Source of the DNA: Macrostomum lignano
Lineage: Eukaryota
Direction of reading: 5' to 3'
Assembly (NCBI GenBank): GCA_002269645.1
Contig: NIVC01002483.1
Location: forward strand, 1-64,000
DNA length: 64,000 bases
Part shown: positions 55,560 through 64,000 of the stretch, piece by piece
Numbering within the stretch: position 1 is the stretch's first letter
Layout: each line of letters begins with the position of its first letter
The notes under the pieces: generated by a model
Seen by the model: the letters and a program-made list of their open reading frames with translations, nothing else
What the model was told of the DNA's origin: nothing
The model's database searches: none
Position numbers and translations under genes: made by a program

Positions 55560-55990
55560 TCTCTCTGCTCTCTCTACCCTCTCTACCCTCTCTACCCTCT
55601 TTACCCTCTCTAGCCTCTCTACCCTCTTTACCCTCTCTACCCTCTCTACTCTCTCTACCCTCTCTACCCTCTCTACCCTCTTTACCCTCTCTACCCCCTC
55701 TTCCCTCTCTATCCTCTACTCTCTCTACCCTCTCTGCCCTCTACTCTCTCTACTCTCTCTACCCTCTCTACCCTCTCTACCCTCTTTACCCTCTCCACCC
55801 TCTCTACCCTCTTTATCCTCTCTGCCTTCTCTACCCTCTCTACCCTCTCTACCTTCTCTACCTTCTCTACCTTCTCTATCCTCTCTACCCTCTTTACCCT
55901 CTCTGCCCTCTCTACCCTCTACTCTCTCTACCCTCTCTACCCTCTTTACCCTCTCTACCTTCTAACCTCTGCTACCCTCTAACCTCTAAC
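55560..55990. repeat. (CTCTCTACC)n-type 9-10-bp pyrimidine repeat
   Basis: Degenerate tandem run. Confidence 0.9.
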
Positions 55991-57744
55991 CTCACTATTC
56001 ATGCTTTCTCCAATCTTTCTCAGTCCCATATTTATCCTTCATTAACCCTTTACCCTCTTCCTACCCTCTAGTCCTCGCTCTACGAGTACACTGTCCCATC
56101 CCATCCCGCGGGCCGCTCCCGAAGCCCCTGCAATCAAATCAAACATTTTTGGCTTCATCATCACTGATTACTGTGGGCCTACGGGTCTTCCTGGCGGAAC
56201 TCTTCATAACTGCATTAACAGTCCTTATGCTGTACATAGCAGAAATAACAGCATATTTTTTAATTCATTCAATGCTCACATTTTACACAAGCTTAAATCG
56301 ATCATCACTGCGTGTTCGAGCTGAACCAGTATTCGCTTTGAAAATCTCTTTCTAACAGACATTATACCGACTAATTATTGATCTTATCTACTGTACGCTG
56401 TTTTATAGACATTCTGTTTGCCCTGTTTAAAGCATTGTCTGTCGCTGTTAATGTTGTTGTGGCTGTTGTTGCTTGTTTTTTGTAGTTTTTTGTTGTTAAC
56501 ATAGACAGCATCCCTTCTTAATATAGTTGAACTCATATTTCGGAGCAGGTTTCCAACACTGTTTTCATTCAATCTGCTAATAGATCACGGCTCTTGTTAC
56601 ATAGAGACTAATATATCATATTTTCAAGTACACGGAGCATCAATTGCAATGCATAATTGATTGTTAGTTTGTACGCATAATTTTGACCAGAACTGAATTA
56701 GAAAAGTTGAAATATAAACAAAATACCATGTTTTCTCTCGTTTATTTTAATAATGCAAACATCTACTCATGTAGTAATAAATAGTGAAAAAGGAATGTTG
56801 CTGGGAATGGGATGAAGACTGTGTCTTGACATCTGACACCTGTTTGATAACTATGGGAGAAAATTTGTTAGGGAAAACTGCAACTACTCACTTTGAGAAA
56901 GGCTTGGTGGCTTGACGAGTATTGCCTGGCGACTCAGTCCCAGTAGTTTGCTGTGACCGAGCAAACAGGCAGGCAGGCGGGCGAGCAGGCAGTGCCTATT
57001 ATAACGGTCACATCAACTACATCAGTGGGGTGCTTGTTGTCTGACGCTGGCTGGATTCTTTCGAGTCCCAATACTCCGATTGTATCAAGTCTAGCAGAGT
57101 TTACTGATCCCCCCGCAGCAGTAGCCGAGGGGAATACAAGAAGACACTGGGGAGCAAAACTACGGGGCTTTTGAAGGCGGATTTTGGCGTGTGGGCTGCT
57201 TGTTGCCCCTATTGGTCTTAGTGGGGTTGAGCCCGCCGTTTCACCTGCTCTATGCAACTTGGCACTGCTGAGACTAGGGGGAGAGGGGCAGAGTCGGGTG
57301 GGGTGTGCAAGGGTGCTGAGCAGCGACTGCTGGCCTGGGCGGTGCTGCAGCAACACTAGCACAAATGGAAGCGAAGTCAAATCGAGGGATAGAGGCCGGG
57401 AGACAGTCCAAAATGCGAGTTACAGGCACCATGCGCAGACACTGGGGTTGGAGGGGGGGGGGTAACCAATTTTGCAACGACTCGTGTTTAAAAAAACCCC
57501 GAGGGAAGAAGTCGGAATGAGTGGCCGATCTTTCCCTACTTGAGAGCGCGTGGCCTCCTAATCTGTCAAATAGAGAGGGGATTCTATTTTTTACCGCAGA
57601 GTGTATGCCTATCGTAAGCTCAGGCTAAGTGTTAGCGGGCCGTGTTGCTGCGCACTGTAGTATCGATAGTGACTCATTTAGCTCAGCCTTGGGTGTAAGC
57701 AGTCCGGGATATCAATGATACGAGTAGTAAAGCTTGCGTGTATC

Positions 57745-59045
57745 TGGGAGTCTGCTTAGAGTGTATCTGGGAGTCTGCTATAGAGTGGAGTGTATCTGGG
57801 AGTCTGCTATAGAGCGGAGTGTCTCTGGGAGTCTGCTATAGAGTGGAGTGTATCTGGGAGTCTGCTATAGAATAGAGTGTATCTGGGAGTCTGCTATAGA
57901 ATAGAGTGTCTCTGGGAGTCTGCTATAGAGTGGAGTGTATCTGGGAGTCTGCTATAGAATAGAGTGTATCTGGGAGTCTGCTATAGAGCGGAGTGTATCT
58001 GGGAGTCTGCTATAGAGTGGAGTGTATCTGGGAGTCTGCTATAGAATAGAGTGTATCTGGGAGTCTGCTATAGAATAGAGTGTCTCTGGGAGTCTGCTAT
58101 AGAGCGGAGTGTATCTGGGAGTCTGCTATAGAGTGGAGTGTATCTGGGAGTCTGCTATAGAATAGAGTGTATCTGGGAGTCTGCTATAGAATAGAGTGTA
58201 TTTGGGAGTCTGCTATAGAATAGATTGTATCTGGGAGTCTGCTATAGAGTGGAGTGTATCTGGGAGTCTGCTATAGAATAGAGTGTATCTGGGAGTCTGC
58301 TATAGAATAGAGTGTCTCTGGGAGTCTGCTATAGAGCGGAGTGTATCTGGGAGTCTGCTATAGAGTGGAGTGTATCTGGGAGTCTGCTATAGAATAGAGT
58401 GTATCTGGGAGTCTGCTATAGAATAGAGTGTATTTGGGAGTCTGCTATAGAATAGATTGTATCTGGGAGTCTGCTATAGAGTGGAGTGTCTCTGAGAGTC
58501 TGCTATAGAGTGGAGTGTCTCTGGGAGTCTGCTATAGAGCGGAGTGTATCTGGGAGTCTGCTATAGAGCGGAGTGTCTCTGGGAGTCTGCTATAGAATAG
58601 AGTGTCTCTGGGAGTCTGCTATAGAGCGGAGTGTATCTGGGAGTCTGCTATAGAGCGGAGTGTATCTGGGAGTCTGCTATAGAGTGGAGTGTCTCTGAGA
58701 GTCTGCTATAGAGTGGAGTGTCTCTGAGAGTCTGCTATAGAGTGGAGTGTCTCTGGGAGTCTGCTATAGAGCGGAGTGTCTCTGGGAGTCTGCTATAGAG
58801 TGGAGTGTCTCTGAGAGTCTGCTATAGAGTGGAGTGTCTCTGGGAGTCTGCTATAGAGCGGAGTGTATCTGGGAGTCTGCTATAGAGCGGAGTGTATCTG
58901 GGAGTCTGCTATAGAATGGAGTGTCTCTGGGAGTCTGCTATAGAGCGGAGTGTCTCTGGGAGTCTGCTATAGAGCGGAGTGTATCTGGGAGTCTGCTATA
59001 GAATAGAGTGTCTCTGGGAGTCTGCTATAGAGCGGAGTGTCTCTG
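57745..59045. repeat. 29-bp minisatellite (AGTGTATCTGGGAGTCTGCTATAGAGCGG)n
   Basis: About 44 copies with interspersed variants. Confidence 0.96.
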
Positions 59046-59216
59046 AATCGGTGTTAAGGTTCGAGTACTCGCAAGAACTAACCTTAGCAGAAATTTTAAG
59101 ATCTGATGGACCGAGGCCTTTGCTCGCTAGACGACAACAAAAAATTCTAGGCAAAGGAGATCAGTAAGGAACACATATTTGTCGTATCGCGAGTGCATTT
59201 TAGTATGCTCCATAGA

Positions 59217-59531
59217 GGGGGTTGTACGTAGACAGTGGTTGGAGCGTCAGACTCACGACTGAAAGGTCGGGGGTTCGAATCTCGACTCACTCGGAACAAT
59301 TTGTGTCCTTGAGCAAGACACTAACTCTGCATTGCTTCAGTTCACCCAGCTGTAAAATCGGTGCCAGCATTAGCTGGGGTAATTGAGGCTGTCTGCAGTG
59401 GCGACCCCCCAGTCCTTGCACTGAACAGCCGTACGCAGCCTTCAGATGCGCCGCGCAATGGCTGCGGCTGAGCTGTCGGTTGCACATCTGCCCATTGTGG
59501 CAGGTGTAATCTGTTATTATTATTATTATTG
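59217..59531 (+). mobile_element. tRNA-derived SINE with a CORE-like central domain and a (TTA)n tail
   Basis: A-box-like TAGACAGTGG, B-box GGTTCGAATC, then TGTGTCCTTGAGCAAGACACTAACTCT...TCAGTTCACCCAGCTGTAAAATCGG, which resembles the MIR/CORE consensus as I recall it; ends in TTATTATTATTATT. Confidence 0.8.
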
Positions 59532-60184
59532 TTAATATGCACTAGAGAAATTGGAATTTTTGCTACCAAATTTGTCTATGGCCAAACCCCATTCACTAGG
59601 TCTTATAACAACTAGCGACTGCTTATGCTTTAATTACCCCTCCCCAGGTCAAGTCAGCCATTTTGTCAGTTGTTTCTCTTCCTCTCGCTTTTCTCTTCGT
59701 CTTTATTAATGCCGGTTTACTCAAAAAGTATTGAGTCAGTCGATCAAAGTCAAGCCTTCCCCCATGCAGTGCCTTGAACACCCAGCGAGCTTCACAATGC
59801 AGCTAGTATACACAATTGCAGGTGCCTCTAGCTTTTTCTCTCTTTCTGTTGCTCCGACAGCCAGCCAAGCTCACTTCAATTGGAAAATCTTCCCATTGGG
59901 CCAGTTCTCTGGCGGAGCTCTCCCGGGGCACATTGAGTTAATGCTGAGTGTTTAATGAAACAATGCCTTTGAAGTCTTCTGGATTGGACTAGCAATCCAT
60001 TCTACTCCGCATTCTTTTTAGGAGCAGGATTTACATTTTTATTACATTTTTATAACAGCTGTTCATCTACACATAACACATTAAAGCTACAAAAATGAAG
60101 CAGAACAAAACTGGGAATGATAAATGATTAAAAATATTGTGGTGCAAAGTTTTTTATCTGCATACCTGTCTTTAAAGGTCTTAT

Positions 60185-60925
60185 GAGGAAGCCGAGAGGC
60201 AGATTCTCTAGGACTGAGGAAGCGGAGAGGCAGATTCTCAAGGACTGAGGAAGCGGAGAGGCAGATTCTCAAGGACTGAGGAAGCGGAGAGGCAGATTCT
60301 CAAGGACTGAGGAAGCGGAGAGGCAGATTCTCAAGGACTGAGGGAGCAGAGAGGCAGATTCTCAAGGACTGAGGGAGCAGAGAGGCAGATTCTCAAGGAC
60401 TGAGGAAGCCGAAAGGCAGATTCTCAAGGACTCTAAAGGGAGTGGAGAGGCAGAATCTCAAGGACTGAGGGAGCAGAGAGGCAGATTCTCAAGGACTGAG
60501 GGAGCAGAGAGGCAGATTCTCAAGGACTGAGGGAGCAGAGAGGCAGATTCTCAAGGACTGAGGGAGCAGAGAGGCAGAATCTCTAGGACTGAGGAAGCCG
60601 AAAGGCAGATTCTCAAAGACTCTGAAGGGAGTGGAGAGGCAGAATCTCAAGGACTGAGGGAGCGGAGAGGCAGATTCTCTAAGACTGAGGGAGCGGAGAG
60701 GCAGAATCTCAAGCACTGAGGGAGCGGAGAGGCAGATTCTTAAGGACTGAGGGAGCGGAGAGGCAGATTCTCAAGCACTAAGGGAGCAGAGAGGCAGAAT
60801 CTCAAGCACTGAGGGAGCGGAGAGGCAGATTCTCAAGCACTGAGGGAGCGGAGAGGCAGATTCTCAAGCACTGAGGGAGCGGAGAGGCAGATTCTTAAGG
60901 ACTGAGGAAGCGGAGAGGCAGACTC
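60185..60925. repeat. 31-bp minisatellite (GAGGCAGATTCTCAAGGACTGAGGGAGCGGA)n
   Basis: About 23 copies. Confidence 0.94.
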
Positions 60926-60959
60926 AAGAGACAAATTTTTAGTGAGGCTCATGCAGGCT

Positions 60960-63380
60960 TCAGCGGTGCCCGAGGTCTGCAGAGTATCGCACAGCAGATT
61001 CGCCACTTGCTTCAACTCCAATCGCAGGCAGAAAAGCTCTCGATGCACCTTTGTCGCCGAAGCTGCTGAAGTTGGCGTTGCTCCCCTGCGGTGCACCAGC
61101 CCTGGCCTGGTGATGACTGTGCCGCCTTCGGGTTCGCCTGTGCGGCACTGGGCGCAGCAGTCCGCAGGCGGGCTCTTTGGGCGGCTCCAGGAGCTCCGGC
61201 CGAGTCAGCTGCGGCACCGTCACGGAGCGCTCGCCGGGCTTACGCAGGCGCTGACAAAAATTCGTGACCTGGGCCGGCGTTGAGAGAGTTGAGAGGATTT
61301 CAAGTACGAGTTTGTTGGCACTTAATATTTTTAGATTGCCAAAAGACAAGCACTCCTCGGACACCAGACAAGCACTCATCGGACAGTAGAGTATCAGCAC
61401 TCCTCGGACACCAGAGTATCAGCACTCCTTGGAAACCAGAGTATCAGCACTCCTCGGACACCAAACAATCACTCCTCGGACACCAGACAAGCACTCATCG
61501 GACAGTAGAGTATAAGCACTCCTCGGACACCAGAGTATCAGCACTCATCGGACACCAGACAAGCACTCCTCGGACACCAAACAAGCACTCATCGGACACC
61601 AGGCAAGCACTCATCGAACAACAGACAAGCACTCATCGGACACCAGACAAGCATTCATCGGACACCAGACAAGCACTCATCGGACACCAGACAAGCACTC
61701 CTCGGACACCAAACAAGCACTCATCGGACACCAGGCAAGCACTCATCGAACAAAAGACAAGCACTCATCGGACACCAGACAAGCACTCATCGGACACCAG
61801 ACAAGCACTCATCGGACACCAGACAAGCACTCATCGGACACCAGACAAGCACTCATCGGTCACCAGACAAGCACTCCGACGTTACCTGCGACTCCAGCCG
61901 CTCCATGCCCACCAGCTGAAGCTCCTCCCTGGCCAGAAACGGCCTCCCAACCCTCGGCCGCGGGTCGTGCTGCCCCTCGGACAGAATCCGCAGCAGGCGG
62001 CACCGATCCCGGTACTGCAGCTCATCGGGGTCCAGCTCCTCTTCCTCGGTCGGTTGATTCGCCGACGTCGCCATCAGCAGTGATTTCAGTTTCGACGAAC
62101 TCGGCGGAGGCGGCGGCAGCTGCGAGGACGCGCCGACCCCGCCAAGCCCTGAGGCGGCCGCCGCCGGGTCCAAAGCGGCAGCCGCTGCCCGAGCCTCTCG
62201 CAGCTGCTGGCGCCGAAAGCGCCGATTGATGTAGTCGAACACGGTGCCCGGGCCCCACTGGTCGATCAGGGGGCCGAGGCGAGGCAGCTGGAGGTGACCC
62301 CGGCGAGGTTTAGCCTGCTGCAGCAGTTGCTGCTGCTGAGTCAGCTGAGGCTGCTGCTGCTGCGACTGCGCCTTCCTGTCCATCTTCCGCACCTGTTCGT
62401 ACAGCAGCCCTATTGCGTACCCGAGCAGCGGCGCTTCGCTTGTGTGCAGCAGCAAAGTGCGCAGGCTGAGACGGCATAGCAGGTCCTCCTTGATTGAACT
62501 GGAGAGCAAGGCGAGGTTTTGATTGGCTTTCTCACGCCATCATTGAAAATCTTCAATAAGTAACACTGACTGGAGCCCTTTGCAAACTAACCGTGCTTTT
62601 ACCTGCCCTGAAGACTGCTGCCAGAGCCGCCCAAATCACCAGGCGGGTCCTCAAAGCAACAATGCCGTCACCTTAGCACCCTAACACTACTATTACCTTA
62701 GCAACGCCACTATTCCCTTAGCAACACTACTTACTTTAGCAACACCATTATCCCCTTAGCAACACTACTATTACTTTAGCAACACAACTATTCTCTTAGC
62801 AACACCACTATTACCTTAGCAACACAACTAATACCTTAGCAACACCATTATTACCGTAGCGACACCACTATTTCCTTTAGCAACACCACTATTCTCTTAG
62901 CAATGGCACTATTGCCTTAGCAACACAACTAATACCTTAGCAACACCATTATTACCGTAGCGACACCACTATTTCCTTTAGCAACACCACTATTCTCTTA
63001 GCAATGGCACTATTGCCTTAGCAACAGTACTATTCCTTTACTCAAGAATTTTATAGGTACAAAATACTCACTTCAAAGTGTTCGGATGCCGCCTCTCTAC
63101 CAGCCTAGTCCATTCTCTCAAGTTCAGCCTGTACATATTGGTCTCCATGGTAGCCACGCCGTGGCACAGGTAAGTCTTCATGCCGAGTACCACTTCCAGG
63201 CCGCCGATAACTTCATTTTTAGAGACGCAGCACCAGTCGCGACACCTGCCTGCGCCTTTCAGTCGTTCGTTGAGCGGGTGTCTTTCAATGCCGAATATCT
63301 GTTCGATTAATTGGGGCCCCAGGAACCGGCTGTACTGCTCCCGGTGCAGACCGGGCACCAGGCTCTGCTTCACCTCACCG
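60960..63380 (-). CDS. 3' exons of an unidentified multi-exon gene (5' end beyond window)
   Basis: Phase-consistent exons 63072-63380 (phase 2-2), 62603-62649 (TRLVIWAALAAVFRA), ~61886-62526 (...GPLIDQWGPGTVFDYINRRF...QYRDRCRLLRILSEGQHDPRPR...) and ~60960-61268. The third acceptor and the terminal frame are uncertain; family not recognised. Confidence 0.65.
61345..61875. repeat. 22-bp minisatellite (CACTCATCGGACACCAGACAAG)n, intron of the unknown gene
   Basis: Tandem copies. Confidence 0.92.
62690..63035. repeat. 20-bp minisatellite (TATTACCTTAGCAACACCAC)x~17, each unit X-box-like
   Basis: TAGCAAC/TAGCGAC/TAGCAAT recurs every ~20 bp. Confidence 0.92.
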
Positions 63381-63424
63381 CTGCGGGGCATGAATATCAC
63401 AGATATCCGGCCTTACAAGTCTAC

Positions 63425-64000
63425 CGTCTCTCCTGTCTGTCTCCTGTCTGTCTCCTGTCTGTCTCCTGTCTGTCTCTTGTCTGTCTCCTGTCTGTCTTCT
63501 GTCTGTCTCCTGTCTGTCTCCTGTCTGTCTCCTGTCTGTCTCTTGTCTGTCTCCTGTCTGTCTTCTGTCTGTCTCCTGTCTGTCTCCTGTCTGTCTCTTG
63601 TCTGTCTCCTGTCTGTCTCCTGTCTGTCTCTTGTCTGTCTCCTGTCTGTCTTCTGTCTGTCTCCTGTCTGTCTCCTGTCTGTCTCTTGTCTGTCTCCTGT
63701 CTGTCTCCTGTCTGTCTGTCTCCTGTCTGTCTCCTGTCTGTCTCCTGTCTGTCTCCTGTCTGTCTGTCTCCTGCCTGTCTCCTGTCTGTGTCCTGTCTGT
63801 CTCCTGTCTGTCTCTATCCTGTATGTCTCCTGCCTGTCTCTATCCTGTCTGTCTCCTGCCTGTCTCTATCCTGTCTGTCTCTTGCCTGTCTCATGTCTGT
63901 CTCCTGTCTGTCTCCTGTCTGTCTCCTGTCTGTCTCCTGTCTGTCTCCTATCTGCCTCCTGTCTGCCTCCTGTCTGTCTCCTGCCTGTCTCTACCCTGTC
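63425..64000. repeat. (TCTCCTGTCTG)n ~11-bp repeat running to the window end
   Basis: Tandem run. Confidence 0.93.

Noticed and set aside
56934-57480. Overlapping 67-148-aa ORFs in a non-repetitive GC-richer patch
   Set aside because: No frame is clearly preferred and no domain is recognised; it could be a TE or pseudogene remnant but cannot be supported.
59217-59295. tRNA gene
   Set aside because: The head has no clean acceptor-stem pairing and runs directly into a CORE-like body and (TTA)n tail, so it is a SINE head.

Overview
This is eukaryotic animal genomic DNA, not prokaryotic. GC-rich, Ala/Gln-rich exons are separated by introns filled with minisatellites. That style suggests the flatworm Macrostomum lignano, but the species is my inference and was not verified. 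Exon-intron structures were reconstructed by hand from GT/AG sites, codon phase and recalled protein-family motifs. Genes: (1) the 5' part of WDR35/IFT121 (minus, 31-4403), with about six single-base frameshifts that get denser toward position 1; (2) a candidate small spliced gene just upstream of it (minus, 4782-5256); (3) a 30-exon, about 4,290-aa beta-heavy spectrin (plus, 7404-39680; CH-CH, spectrin repeats, internal SH3, PH); (4) a CDK5 activator of the p35 family (minus, 43317-44911) with a probable GC-AG intron; (5) an intronless 211-aa orphan ORF (plus, 46715-47350); (6) a PP2A B56 regulatory subunit (plus, 50263-54514, one intron); (7) the 3' part of an unidentified multi-exon gene (minus, about 60960-63380). 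Mobile DNA: a complete hAT-type MITE with an 8-bp TSD, related degenerate copies, a foldback element and a tRNA-headed CORE-like SINE. The most striking pattern is that almost every intron holds its own distinct tandem array. Several arrays are built from potentially functional motifs: a 24-bp unit that mimics a whole intron (GTGAGT...CTAAT...CAG), mutually complementary arrays flanking the SH3 exons, G-quadruplex-type arrays, and about 17 tandem RFX X-box-like sites. No CRISPR array, rRNA or bona fide tRNA was found.
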